Shown: positions 10,164 to 20,786, counted from the stretch's first letter. The stretch is DNA of 64,000 nt from an uncultured delta proteobacterium (GCA_963803435.1 CAWDML010000014.1:96001-160000), one strand, 5' to 3'. The notes: generated from the sequence alone by a model not told the origin. Made by a program: numbers and translations.

Positions 10164-10948
10164 AGCGGCCCGACGACACCAAGAAGCTTCGCAAGCACCT
10201 GACGAATCATCTCGGGACTCCGACCGAGCTGTATCGGATGTCCAAGAACCCGCAGAAGGGCTCGGCGATCAGCGACCTGACCATCGCCTACTTCGCTCCC
10301 GGCGGCCCGAGCAGCCGCGTGGTCTTCGCCACGGTCGGCGCCTATCGGCACCGCATGAGCGACGGCCGCCGCATGGAGGCGCTGACGATCCTGCGGAAGG
10401 AGCCCACCGGGGCCGCCTTCGAGGCCGTCCGCGCCCTCCTCTCCTCGATCGTCCTGGTGCCCGAGGCCTACCATCGCACGCTGCGGCACGGTGACATCCT
10501 GCGGGCGCGCGAATACCTCGCGGGCTTCTCTTCGATGGACGCGGTCCTGCTGATGCCCCCGATGCCGTTCACGGCGCCGTTCCACCGCGCACCGCTCTCC
10601 CAGTCCGGGGAGGCGGTCGACTGGATGTGGCTGATCCCGATCTACGAGGCCGAAGGCCAGTACGCGCTCGACCACGGCTACCAGGCGCTCATGGTCCTGT
10701 TCGCCGCGCAGGGGCTCGACCTGACCGACCCGAACCGTCCCCAGGCCGACGTCGCCATCGATCCGGTCGACGCGGTCGAGCTGGCGAAGGGCGCCACCGG
10801 GAAGCGCATCGAGGCGGCCCGCGCGGCGCGCCGGCGAGCGCGCCCGGACCAGCCGAAGACCGCGCCCCGCAACGTCGGCAAGGGCTCCTTCGAGGTCACG
10901 ATCGATCAGAAGGCCAGCGCCGTCCGCATCACCCGGCGCCGGAAGTAG
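10160..10948 (+). CDS. Suppressor-of-fused (SUFU) domain protein
   Basis: VFATVGA...E...GD...VDWMWLIPIYEAEGQYALDHGYQAL...DPNR matches the bacterial SUFU pattern; ATGA overlap with the upstream gene. Confidence 0.78.
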   Translation: MKRPDDTKKLRKHLTNHLGTPTELYRMSKNPQKGSAISDLTIAYFAPGGPSSRVVFATVGAYRHRMSDGRRMEALTILRKEPTGAAFEAVRALLSSIVLVPEAYHRTLRHGDILRAREYLAGFSSMDAVLLMPPMPFTAPFHRAPLSQSGEAVDWMWLIPIYEAEGQYALDHGYQALMVLFAAQGLDLTDPNRPQADVAIDPVDAVELAKGATGKRIEAARAARRRARPDQPKTAPRNVGKGSFEVTIDQKASAVRITRRRK

Positions 10949-10972
10949 GCCTGCGCCGCGTCACTTCGGTCC

Positions 10973-13900
10973 TTACGGAGGGCACGCCTGGCAGAGCGAG
11001 CCGCCGCAGTCGACGTCGGCCTCGTCCTGATCCTGGATCCCGTCCGCGCACAGCGTCTGGAACGAGCCGACGGCGATCGCCACCGGATTCCCGTAGCGGA
11101 GCGCCCAGCGGTCGCCGGCCCAGGTGATCGACGGTCGTGAGCCGAGCCCCACCGGATAGTCGTCGCGGAAGGTCAGCGACGGCGTCACCAGCAGGACACC
11201 CACGCTTTCGACGTTGTTGTCGAGGTAGTCGTAGGCCACCGCGAACTCGGTCCCGTTCCAGTCGATCGAGGGCGGCGAGGATAGGAACACGTTGGAGCCG
11301 CCCACCGCGTGGTGCGTGCCGCTGATCGTGCAGCTCGGCGTAATCCGGACCACGTCGATCGAGTTCGTGGCCTCGTAGTACGCGGCCACGATGTTGCTGC
11401 CGTCCCAGACCGTGGACACGAAGGCGCCGCCGGCGGGGAAGCCGGCGAGCGCGGTGTCGCTGCCGGGGATCAACGCTCCGGCGGCGTTGGTCCGGACGCA
11501 TCTCACCTCGGAGGCCGAAGAGTAGATGATGGTGTAGCCGCTCCCCGTGAAGTGCGCGTTCGGCTGGACGTCGTCGGAACCGTCGACGATCGTCAGCGCC
11601 GTGGGGCTCGAGGCCGTGCCGTCGAGCTGAACGACCCGGAAGCGAAGGCGATCGGAGACCGCGCCGTCCTCCCGGTACACCAGGCCGAACGCCGTGCTCC
11701 CGTTCCAGGCCGGCCAGAAGTTGAAGGACGTCGTGCCCGCCACGTTCTGGTTCAGCAAGGTGGAGGCGGCGGTCTCGTCGCTGGCGGCATAGTCGATCCC
11801 GTTCGAGCTGCTGAAGAAGTAGCGGAAGTCCGTCCCATCGAACTCGATGGACTCGGCGCTGAGCGTTCCGCCGCCCCCGCTGCCGAGGGCTGGTCCCGTC
11901 ACCGCGTCATCGAGCTCACGAGTGTTCGATCCGATCACCGTGTCGCCCGTCGAGCCGTCGAAGCCGAGGACGGCGAGGCGCGTCGCACCCCAGCGAACGT
12001 TCTGACGCTTGGTGAAGAGCGTCCCGCCCGTCAGCCCCGGATAGGTGGTGGAGGCCAGGATGGTCTCCTCATCGTCGATCACCTGGATCGGGTGGGTGGC
12101 GGACACCTCTTCCACGATCGAGAGGTCGACGTCGACCAGCTCGCGGACCGTGTTGGTATCGTCCGCCGCAGTGACCGTCACGGCCACCGGCGTATCGAAG
12201 TCGCCCTGGCCGAAGACGATGCTCGACGGGTTGAAGGAGAGCGTCGCGAGCGTCGAGGTGATCACGACCGTGTCGGTGCCGCCCTCGGAGAGCCGGGGCG
12301 GGAAGCCGAGGCTCACCTGGAACGTGACCCCGGGGCCGCCTTCCTGAACGCTGGTGGGCAACGTCGTCGGGACCGAGTTGGCGATGATGACCTGCTGGTC
12401 GTCGTCGATGACGTCGAGCTGGAGCGTCACCTCGGCCGCGCCCTCGGGCGGCGGGACGGCTCCGGTCGACAGCGTGAGCTGGCTCGACTCGTCGTCGAGG
12501 TCGGCGTCCTGGGACCCATCCACGGTCACGCGCTGGACCGTGTCGAAGTTCGTCGAGTCGAACACCAGCGAGCTGGGAGACACCGATGCGATCGTCGGAT
12601 CGGCCAGCGTGACCGTGACCGTGATCGGGTTGGTGGGCCGGAACGCCAGCACCACGTTGAACCCGTCGGATCCGCCCTCGAGCACGGTGACCGGGAACGC
12701 CTGGGTCAGGATCGCCTGCGTGTCATCGTCGGCGACCGTCACTGTGGTGACCTGCGTGGTCACGCTCGGCGACGTGAATTGCACCGCCACGCTCTCGTCG
12801 CGGACGTCGTCGTCGTCCTGGGGCGTGAACGTCACGGTCTGCGCCGCCGTGTAGTTCCCGGAGTTGAAGGTCAGTGTCGCCGGCGCCGCCGAGACCGCGG
12901 CCGGATCCGGCGACGTCACGGTGACCGTCTGGCTCCCGGAGGGATCCTGCGACAGGCGGACCGTCACGGTGCCCGCCGAACCGCCCTCGGTCAACGCCAG
13001 CGTGGCGGCCGACACCACGATGTCCTGGATGTCGATGTCGTTCACGTCGACGGTCACCGTCCGGTTCGGCGTGGGCGCGACGTCGGAGGCGAGCGTGATC
13101 GTGACGGTCTCGTCGAGGATGTCCTCGTCGGTCTCGCCGTGGACGCTCACCGTCACCGGCGTGGCGTAGTTGGCCGCAGTGAACACGATCGAGGCCGGGC
13201 TGACGGTGGCCGCGCCCACGTCGCTCGACACCAGCGTCACCGTCTCCGACGGGGCGGTCGGGATGAAGGCCAGCCGCACGGTGAACGTACCGGTCTGCTC
13301 CTCGTCGATCGCCAGCGTGTTGGCGCTGAGCACGATCGCCTGATCGTCGTCGTCGGTGACATCGACGGTGACTACCTGATCCGCGAGGCCCGCCGAGCTC
13401 AGCGTCACCGTGGTGCTCTCGTCGAGCTGATCCGCGTCGCTCACGCCGTTTGCCATCACGGTCTGCGGCATGCTCCAGTTCGCCGAGGTGAAGACCAGAG
13501 AGGTGGGCGTGGTGGTCGCCACCGTCGGATCGGTGCTCACCAAGGTGACGGTGGTGTCGCTCTGCGGCTGGAACGCCAGCCGCGCGGTGAACGGAGCCGA
13601 CTGGCCTTCGGTCACGCTCACCTGATTCGCGGAGACCACAATCGCCTGGGTGTCGTCGTCGGTCACCGTGACCACGACCAGCTCGCCGGGCGCGACCGCG
13701 GTGGTGACGTCGATGTTGACCATCTCGGAGACCACGTCCTGATCCGAGACGCCCGTGACGTTGACGGTCTGCGGCACGTTGTAGTTGCCCGGAGTGAACG
13801 TCAGCGTCGCGGGGGACACGGCAGCCGCGCCCGGATCGGTGGAGGTGATGCTCACCGTCGTCGACGCATTCGGCGCGAAGGCGAAGCTCACCGCGAACTG

Positions 13901-16900
13901 GCCGGGCGCCCCCTCCTCCGTCACCGTCAGGCTCGTCGGCGTCACCACCAGCGCCTGCACGTCGTCGTCGGACACCGTCACCGCCACCATGCCGGCCACG
14001 GGCACGGACACCGACGACACGGTGATCGTCACGTTCTCGTCCCGCGTGTCGACGTCGGTCACCGGCGTCACGGTCACCGTCTGCGGCGTGGAGAAGTCGT
14101 TGCCGTCGAAGCTCAGCGACGCCGGCGCCACCGACGCTGCGCCGGCGTCGCTCGACGCCAGCGAGACCGTCACGGGGCCCGACGGCATGAACTGCAGGCT
14201 GACGGCGAAGGTCCCGGCCGCACCGCCCTCCGTCAGCGACAGCGACGTCGGATTGATCACGAACGTCTGGGTATCGTCGTCGGTCACGTTCACCGCCACC
14301 GACTGCGAGGCCACGCCGGCGGACGTCACGTCGATCGTCGTCCCGTCGTCGACCAGATCGATGTCCTGGCTCCCGGAGACCGTCACCGTCTGAGGCTGAT
14401 CCCAGGTGGCCGCCGTGAACGGCAGCGAGGCCGGCGCGGCCGTCGCCACCAGCGCGTCGTTCGACGCCACGCCGACGGTCACGTTCGCCCCCGGGATGAA
14501 CGCGAGCCGCACCGAGAAGGTCTGGGTGCCGCCCTCCGGAACCGTCAGCGACAGCGGCGTCACCACCAGGGCCTGCGTGTCGTCGTCGGTGACGCTCACC
14601 GACACGTCCACGCTGTTGGCGATGGCCGACGAGAGCCGGATCGTGACGGCCTCGTTCGCGAGATCCTGATCCTGGACGCCGGTGATCGTCAGCGTCTGCG
14701 GCGTCGAGAAGTTCCCGGCCGTGAAGGTGAGCGTCGCCGGCGTGCCGGTCGCCGCCCCCGGATCGAGGCTGGTCACGGTCACCGTGGCCGCGTTGACCGG
14801 GTTGTACGCGAGCCGGACCGTCACGCTGGCGTCGGTCGCACCCTCCGCGACGGTGACCGATGTCTGGCTCAGGACCAGCGCCTGGACGTCGTCGTCGTTG
14901 ACCGTGACGGCCACCGCGGTATTCGCCGGCGCGCCGCCGCCCGAGAGCGTGACCGTCACGTTCTCGTCGAGAGTGTCATTGTCGTCGAGGCCGTTCACCG
15001 CGACACTCTGCGGCATCGAGTAGTTGCCAGCGTCGAACGTCAGCGTGGCCGGCACGACCGAGAGCGCGCCGGCGTCGCTGTTCGCCAGGTTGACTGTGAC
15101 CTGCGAGAGCGGGTTGAACGCGAGCCGCACGGTGAAGCTCCCGCTGGAGTTCTCCGCGACGACCAGGCTGTTGGACGAGACCACGATCGACTGCGTGTCG
15201 TCGTCGTTGACCGTGATCGCCACCGTGCGATTCGCGGCCACCGCCGAGGAGAGCGTGATGGTGGCGCTGCCATTCTGGGTATCGTCGTCCTGCGGCGCCA
15301 TGACCGTGACCGTCTGGGGCACGGACCAGTTGCCGGTCGTGAACGACAGAGACACCGGCGCGGCGGTCGCCGCGGCCGGATTCGAGGTGGCCACGCTGAC
15401 GGTCACCGGCGTGACCGGATCGAAGCCGAGGCGTGCGGTGAAGGTGGCCGTACCGCCCTCGTTCATCGTGATCGCCGTCCGACTGAGCGTGATGACCTGC
15501 GTGTCGTCGTCCGTCACCGAGACGGAGATGGTCTGGCTCGGCGCGACCGACGTCTGCACAGTTATGGTCGCGTTCTCGTTCGCTGTGTCGTTGTCTTGCA
15601 CGCCCGCGACGGTCAGGCTCTGCGCTACCGAGTAGTTGGCCGAGGTGAAGGTGAAGGAAGCGGGGGTAGCGCTGGCGGCGCCCGCGTCGCTCGACGCGGC
15701 CGTGACCGTCACCGGGTTCACCGGGTCGAACGCCAGGCTGACCCCGACCACCTGCGACGCCCCTTCGGTGAGCGCGACCGTGTTGGTGGTGAGCACCAGC
15801 GCTTGCACATCGTCGTCCGTCACCGAGACGGTCACGGCCTGTGTGGGCGCGACTGCGCTGGTGATCTGCACGTTGACCGTCTCGTTGCGGGTGTCCGCGT
15901 CCTGAACCGCGCTCAGCATCACGGCCTGCGGCGTCGAGTAGTTCGCCGAGGTGAACGTCAGCGTGGTGGGGTTCGCGACCACGGCGCCCGAATCGCCACT
16001 GGTGATGGTCACCGTGGCCGGGTTCACCGGGTTGAAGGCCAGCGCCACCGTCACCGAGCCGCTGCTGCCTTCGTTGAGCGCGAGCGTGGCGGCGCTGACG
16101 ACCAGGGCCTGGGTGTCGTCGTCCGCGATGGTGACGCTGACGATGCGTGAGGTCAGCCCGGCGCTGCTGACCGTGAGGGTCAGCGCCTCGTTGAGCGCAT
16201 CGTTGTCCGCGTTCGGCGTGACGGAGACCGCCTGCGCTACGTTCCAGTTGTTCCCGTCGAAGCTGAGCGAGGCCGCGCCCAGCGTCACGTCGCCGGGATC
16301 GGAGGGCGTGATCGCGACGCTGACCGGACCGGCCGGCTGCTGCGTCAGGCTGACGTTGAAGGATCCGGCGGCACCACCCTCGGTGAGGGCCAGGCTCGTC
16401 GGGTTGACGTTCAGGTTGAGGACGTCGTCGTCGACCACGGTGACCGACACCGTCACGCTGGTCAGACCGGCCGAGGCGACGATCACGTCGGCGGTCTCGT
16501 CCGTCACATCGGCGTCCTGCACGCCGCTGATCGACACGATCTGCGGCGTCGCGTAGTTCGCCGAGGTGAACGTCAGCATGGCCACGGAGGGTGTCGCCGC
16601 GGCGGGGTTCTGCGAGGTGATCGAGACCGTCACGGGCGACGCCGGCTGGAACGCCAGGCTGATCGAAACGTCGTCGCTGCCGCCCTCGTTCACCGAGAGG
16701 ACCGTCGGGCTCACGACCAGCGCCTGCGTGTCGTCGTCGGTGACGGACACGGTGACCGTCACCGGCGTGAGGCCAAAGGAGGTGATCGTGACCGACACCG
16801 TCTCGTTCTGGAGGTTCTGATCCTGGACGGCCGCCAGCACCACCGGCTGCGGCGTGTCGTAGTTCGCGGGCGTGAAGGTCAGCATCGCCGGTCCGGCCGT

Positions 16901-19291
16901 CACCGCCGGATCAGCGGAGGCCACGCTCACCGTCACGTTCGCCGCCGGCTGGAAGGCCAGGCTGACGTTGACCATGTCGGACGCGCCTTCGCCCAGGGAG
17001 ACCGCGGTTCGATCGACGACCAGCGCCTGCGTGTCGTCGTCGGCGACGGTGACCGCGACAATCGCGGGGGTGAGGCCCGTCCCCGAGACGGTGACCATTA
17101 CGTTCTCGTTCATCACGTCGGCGTCGTCGGTACCGAGCACGGTGACGGACTGCGGACTGTCCCAGTCACCCGCGTCGAACATGAGCACGGTCGGCGCCAC
17201 CGAGGCGGCGCCCGCGTCGGAGGATTCAATCGAAAGCGCCACCGCGGCGGAGGGCTGGAAGGCGAGCCGGGCGGTGAAGACCCCCGCGCCGTTCTCCGCG
17301 AGCGCGAGCGCGTTGGTGTCGAGCACGATTGCCTGCGAGTCGTCGTCGGTGACCGTCACCTGGACGCTCACGTCGGAGAGCCCGCCGGAGGAGAGCACGA
17401 CCGAGCTCTGCTCGTCGGTGGTGTTCTGATCGTCGAGCGCAGCCACGGTCACCGTGTGGGGCGTGTTCCAGTCGGCCGGCGTGAAGACGATCGCCGTGGG
17501 GTTGACGCCGATGAACGCGTCCGCCGGCGTGAGATCGACGGTGACGTCGGCGCTCGGCTGGAACGCCAGCGTGACGTCGAACGTCGCGCTGCCGTTCTCG
17601 GGGACCACGATGGCGGGGCTGCCGGTGACGATCGCCTGCACGTCGTCGTCGAGCACGGTGACGGGGATGGAGACCGTGGTGAGCCCGGCCGCGGCCAGCT
17701 CCAGCGTGTCGCTCTCGTCGGCCACGTCCTGATCCTGAACGCCGTCGATCGTGAGCGTCTGGACGGTGTCCCAATCGACCGGGGTGAAGGTCAGTGTGCC
17801 CGGGCTGGTCGCGAACGCACCGCCGACCGAGGTCGCCGAGACCGTGACGTCCCCGCCGGGCTGGGCGGAGAGGCGGACTCCTACGCTCGCGCTCCCGCCC
17901 TCGCCCACGGTCAGCGAGCCCATGTCGGCGAGGAGTGTGAGCGTGTCGTCGTCGACGACGGTGACGGAAACCGTGACATCGCCGGCGCCCGGCGCGGACA
18001 GCACGATGGTGGCGCTGCCGTTCATGGCGTCGGCGTCGTCCTGGCCTGCCACGTCGACGAACTGGACCACGTCCCAATCCGCGGGCGTGAAGGTGAGGCT
18101 CGGGGGCGCGACCTGGATCTGCGCGGCGTCCGAGGCCGCCAGCGAGACGACGACGTCGCCCGCCGGCACGAAGCCGAGCCTGACCCCGAACGTGGCAGTG
18201 GCGTTCTCACCGACGGTGACCGTGGCCGTGGTGACCTCGATGGTCTGCGTGTCGTCGTCCACGACGGTGACGCCCACCAGCACGGACGCGCCCACGTCGG
18301 GCGACGTCACCGTCAGCACGGCGGTATCGTCGGAGATGTTCGGATCGTCGACGCCGAACACGATCACATCCTGCGGCATGTTCCAGTTCTGGGGCGTGAA
18401 GGTCAGCGTGGCCGTCCCGACCTGGGCGACGCCAGGGTCCGAGGAGACGATCGAGACGGTGACGTCTCCGCTCGGCTCGGCGGTCAGGCTCACTGCGACG
18501 GTCGCCGACCCGGCCTCGCCCACCGTGATCGACGAGGTGCTCACCCGCAAACCTTGCGAGTCGTTGTCGTTGATGGTGACCGGTACGGTCGCGCCCTCCC
18601 CGGCCGGGTTGTCGAAGGTGACGTCGACCGTGTTGGCGGCAATGTCGTTGTCGTCCCGCGCGGTCAGCGTGACGGTCTGGACCACGTCCCAGCTCTGGGG
18701 CTCGAACGTGAGGGTCGCGTCGCTCAGCGTCAGCCGCGAGGTGTCACCCGAGGCAACGGCCACCGCAACCGGACCGTCGGGGGCCGCCGACAGTCGGACG
18801 TCGACCGTGGCGGTGCCGCCCTCGCTCATCGTGACCGATCCAGGCGTGACCACCAGGTTCGGCGAGTCGTCGTCGACAATCGTGAGCGTGTACGTCGCGC
18901 TCCCGACGTCGGTCTCGACCTTGATGTCGACGAGCTCGTTGTTGGCATCGTCGTCGTCCTGCGGTGTCAGCGTGACGGTGACGCCCGTGGCGAAGTTGTC
19001 GCGACCGAGGGTCGCCTCGGCCGGTTCGATCGTCAGGACCGACGGATCGGTCGAGGTCATCAAGGCCGTGATCGAGCGTCGCGGATCCTCGGTCAGCGTG
19101 ATCGTGAAGGTGACCGGGCCTTGCCCCTCGACGAACGAGAGGGTGGTGGGATCCGGATCGATGACCAGCTGGGGATGGGTCGTCCCGGAATCGGTGACGC
19201 CCGCGTCCTTGCTCGGCGGCGGGTTCTCGTCGGGACACGCGGTGAGACCGACGACGAGGGGGAACAGGATGAGGGTGAGTCTCGACTTCAC
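10973..19291 (-). CDS. Giant surface lipoprotein/adhesin (about 2770 aa) with about 23 Calx-beta/cadherin-like repeats, a putative beta-propeller and a Cys-rich tail
   Basis: GTG start, LVVGLTA-C lipobox; roughly 100-aa repeats (EG...F.V.L...P...V.V...LTFT..NW..PQ.V.V...D.D...V.V.DDD); C-terminal CADGIQDQDEADVDCGGSLCQAC. Confidence 0.88.
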   Translation of the reverse strand: MKSRLTLILFPLVVGLTACPDENPPPSKDAGVTDSGTTHPQLVIDPDPTTLSFVEGQGPVTFTITLTEDPRRSITALMTSTDPSVLTIEPAEATLGRDNFATGVTVTLTPQDDDDANNELVDIKVETDVGSATYTLTIVDDDSPNLVVTPGSVTMSEGGTATVDVRLSAAPDGPVAVAVASGDTSRLTLSDATLTFEPQSWDVVQTVTLTARDDNDIAANTVDVTFDNPAGEGATVPVTINDNDSQGLRVSTSSITVGEAGSATVAVSLTAEPSGDVTVSIVSSDPGVAQVGTATLTFTPQNWNMPQDVIVFGVDDPNISDDTAVLTVTSPDVGASVLVGVTVVDDDTQTIEVTTATVTVGENATATFGVRLGFVPAGDVVVSLAASDAAQIQVAPPSLTFTPADWDVVQFVDVAGQDDADAMNGSATIVLSAPGAGDVTVSVTVVDDDTLTLLADMGSLTVGEGGSASVGVRLSAQPGGDVTVSATSVGGAFATSPGTLTFTPVDWDTVQTLTIDGVQDQDVADESDTLELAAAGLTTVSIPVTVLDDDVQAIVTGSPAIVVPENGSATFDVTLAFQPSADVTVDLTPADAFIGVNPTAIVFTPADWNTPHTVTVAALDDQNTTDEQSSVVLSSGGLSDVSVQVTVTDDDSQAIVLDTNALALAENGAGVFTARLAFQPSAAVALSIESSDAGAASVAPTVLMFDAGDWDSPQSVTVLGTDDADVMNENVMVTVSGTGLTPAIVAVTVADDDTQALVVDRTAVSLGEGASDMVNVSLAFQPAANVTVSVASADPAVTAGPAMLTFTPANYDTPQPVVLAAVQDQNLQNETVSVTITSFGLTPVTVTVSVTDDDTQALVVSPTVLSVNEGGSDDVSISLAFQPASPVTVSITSQNPAAATPSVAMLTFTSANYATPQIVSISGVQDADVTDETADVIVASAGLTSVTVSVTVVDDDVLNLNVNPTSLALTEGGAAGSFNVSLTQQPAGPVSVAITPSDPGDVTLGAASLSFDGNNWNVAQAVSVTPNADNDALNEALTLTVSSAGLTSRIVSVTIADDDTQALVVSAATLALNEGSSGSVTVALAFNPVNPATVTITSGDSGAVVANPTTLTFTSANYSTPQAVMLSAVQDADTRNETVNVQITSAVAPTQAVTVSVTDDDVQALVLTTNTVALTEGASQVVGVSLAFDPVNPVTVTAASSDAGAASATPASFTFTSANYSVAQSLTVAGVQDNDTANENATITVQTSVAPSQTISVSVTDDDTQVITLSRTAITMNEGGTATFTARLGFDPVTPVTVSVATSNPAAATAAPVSLSFTTGNWSVPQTVTVMAPQDDDTQNGSATITLSSAVAANRTVAITVNDDDTQSIVVSSNSLVVAENSSGSFTVRLAFNPLSQVTVNLANSDAGALSVVPATLTFDAGNYSMPQSVAVNGLDDNDTLDENVTVTLSGGGAPANTAVAVTVNDDDVQALVLSQTSVTVAEGATDASVTVRLAYNPVNAATVTVTSLDPGAATGTPATLTFTAGNFSTPQTLTITGVQDQDLANEAVTIRLSSAIANSVDVSVSVTDDDTQALVVTPLSLTVPEGGTQTFSVRLAFIPGANVTVGVASNDALVATAAPASLPFTAATWDQPQTVTVSGSQDIDLVDDGTTIDVTSAGVASQSVAVNVTDDDTQTFVINPTSLSLTEGGAAGTFAVSLQFMPSGPVTVSLASSDAGAASVAPASLSFDGNDFSTPQTVTVTPVTDVDTRDENVTITVSSVSVPVAGMVAVTVSDDDVQALVVTPTSLTVTEEGAPGQFAVSFAFAPNASTTVSITSTDPGAAAVSPATLTFTPGNYNVPQTVNVTGVSDQDVVSEMVNIDVTTAVAPGELVVVTVTDDDTQAIVVSANQVSVTEGQSAPFTARLAFQPQSDTTVTLVSTDPTVATTTPTSLVFTSANWSMPQTVMANGVSDADQLDESTTVTLSSAGLADQVVTVDVTDDDDQAIVLSANTLAIDEEQTGTFTVRLAFIPTAPSETVTLVSSDVGAATVSPASIVFTAANYATPVTVSVHGETDEDILDETVTITLASDVAPTPNRTVTVDVNDIDIQDIVVSAATLALTEGGSAGTVTVRLSQDPSGSQTVTVTSPDPAAVSAAPATLTFNSGNYTAAQTVTFTPQDDDDVRDESVAVQFTSPSVTTQVTTVTVADDDTQAILTQAFPVTVLEGGSDGFNVVLAFRPTNPITVTVTLADPTIASVSPSSLVFDSTNFDTVQRVTVDGSQDADLDDESSQLTLSTGAVPPPEGAAEVTLQLDVIDDDQQVIIANSVPTTLPTSVQEGGPGVTFQVSLGFPPRLSEGGTDTVVITSTLATLSFNPSSIVFGQGDFDTPVAVTVTAADDTNTVRELVDVDLSIVEEVSATHPIQVIDDEETILASTTYPGLTGGTLFTKRQNVRWGATRLAVLGFDGSTGDTVIGSNTRELDDAVTGPALGSGGGGTLSAESIEFDGTDFRYFFSSSNGIDYAASDETAASTLLNQNVAGTTSFNFWPAWNGSTAFGLVYREDGAVSDRLRFRVVQLDGTASSPTALTIVDGSDDVQPNAHFTGSGYTIIYSSASEVRCVRTNAAGALIPGSDTALAGFPAGGAFVSTVWDGSNIVAAYYEATNSIDVVRITPSCTISGTHHAVGGSNVFLSSPPSIDWNGTEFAVAYDYLDNNVESVGVLLVTPSLTFRDDYPVGLGSRPSITWAGDRWALRYGNPVAIAVGSFQTLCADGIQDQDEADVDCGGSLCQACPP

Positions 19292-19379
19292 GGTGTGACG
19301 TTTCTCGCTTGATCCGGCGTTCGGTCCAAGGTGTAGGACACCGATTTGTTCCATTTTCGATCGCGGCTGCGCGAGTCGA

Positions 19380-19395
19380 CTGTACTTCGGTACAG
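19380..19395 (-). terminator. Short hairpin directly after the MFS stop codon
   Basis: CTGTAC-TTCG-GTACAG perfect 6-bp stem; no clear U-tract. Confidence 0.3.
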
Positions 19396-19396
19396 C

Positions 19397-20731
19397 CTAC
19401 TTTTCGTCATCTACGGGCAGCGACCCTTCGGCGACACCGCCGCTCACCCGGATCCCGATCAGACGCAGGAGGAGCCGACGACGCCCGATCCCGGGACGCG
19501 CCGCCGGGAACAGCGGCGCCAGGAGGAGGGCCACCACGAGCCGGCCGATGGTGCTCACCGCGAACACAAGCGGATACGTGCGGCCACTTCGTTCGAGGAG
19601 CACGCCTCCGAACATACTCCCGGCCAGCTGGGCCAGCCCGTTGCTCATGTTGACCGCCGCCAGCAACGCCGGGCGCAGGCGCGCCTCCGCAGTCTCGAGC
19701 AAGAGCGTGAACTGGGAGACCTCGTAGCCGCCCCACGAGATCCCGGAGAGCGCTTGCGCCGCGAGCGCCACGCCGACGCCGCTGGCGAACATCCACGGGA
19801 CGGGGACAATCGCGACGCCGATCGCGGCGAGCAGGAAGAGCGGGCGGGCCCCATACCGATCGATCCCGCGCCCCCACGCGCTCAGCGTGAGGAACTTGGC
19901 GAGCACCACCATGACCGTGCTCGCCGTGTACTCGACGTACGAGAAGTGCAGCCCGTCCAGCTGGAACGGTCCAAAGTATGGGGAGCCGACGTAGACGGTG
20001 AGGTTCAAGAGGCACGCGATCAGCAGGATCCGCCGCCAGGGCAGGCCGCGCGTCGAGCGCATCAGGTCGAAGGCGCTCCGCAGATCGGCGAGGCCGTCGG
20101 AGCGAGGCTCCGGCGAGAGCACCAGCAGCGTGGCCGAGCACGCCCGCGCGATCGCCGCCACCGCGAAGATGAGAAAGTAGCCGGTGCCCCCGGCGCCCGC
20201 CACGACCTCGCCCGCTCCGCCCGGCTCGAGACGATCGAGCGTGAGTCCGCACGCCATCACGGAGAGGCAGGTCGCGAGGTGTGCAAACCGATTGCGCCGC
20301 GAGAAGTAGCGACCGCGGAGCCTGGCCGGGACCAGGTCGCCGTACCAGGAGCCCCAGGCGACGCCGGCCGCCTGCCCCAAGATCTGATGGATCGACGAGA
20401 ACACGATCAGCCACCCGGGCGTGACCGCCCGCGATCCCTCGGCGAAGGCCAGAAGCGAGAGCGAGAGGACCTGCCCGACCACCGCGCCGACCACCAGCGG
20501 CTTACGTCGCGGCCAGCGCGCGAGCGCCCAGACCACCGCCGCAGGTCCGAGCGATCCGATCGCCAGCGGCAGCGCCACCAGGAGCCCGAGCTCCAGCGCG
20601 CCGGCCCCGAGACGCACGCCGTCGGCGACGAAGTACGCCTCGCTGGCGCCGACCATGATCGCGAAGAGGACGGCCTCGATGCGCGAGAGCGACATCGATC
20701 GACGCGTCGCGTGGCGGTCCAGAGCGCTCAA
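19397..20731 (-). CDS. MFS transporter
   Basis: About 12 hydrophobic segments; WYGDLVPARLRGRYFSRR and WGRGIDRYGAR (motif A-like). Confidence 0.88.
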   Translation of the reverse strand: MSALDRHATRRSMSLSRIEAVLFAIMVGASEAYFVADGVRLGAGALELGLLVALPLAIGSLGPAAVVWALARWPRRKPLVVGAVVGQVLSLSLLAFAEGSRAVTPGWLIVFSSIHQILGQAAGVAWGSWYGDLVPARLRGRYFSRRNRFAHLATCLSVMACGLTLDRLEPGGAGEVVAGAGGTGYFLIFAVAAIARACSATLLVLSPEPRSDGLADLRSAFDLMRSTRGLPWRRILLIACLLNLTVYVGSPYFGPFQLDGLHFSYVEYTASTVMVVLAKFLTLSAWGRGIDRYGARPLFLLAAIGVAIVPVPWMFASGVGVALAAQALSGISWGGYEVSQFTLLLETAEARLRPALLAAVNMSNGLAQLAGSMFGGVLLERSGRTYPLVFAVSTIGRLVVALLLAPLFPAARPGIGRRRLLLRLIGIRVSGGVAEGSLPVDDEK

Positions 20732-20755
20732 GGAGGCCGGCGATCAGCATGACAC

Positions 20756-20771
20756 TGGCACGCAAGTTGGG
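20756..20771 (+). promoter_or_regulatory. Possible sigma54 -24/-12 promoter
   Basis: TGGCACG-CAAG-TTGG: perfect -24 element and correct spacing, but GG instead of GC at -12. Confidence 0.35.
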
Positions 20772-20786
20772 ACATGCTGCCAGGAC

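Noticed and set aside
11309-19312. Long plus-strand ORFs (1613, 618 and 515 aa) opposite the giant lipoprotein
   Set aside because: Antisense shadows caused by high GC and repetitive Val/Thr/Asp codons; they carry no motifs
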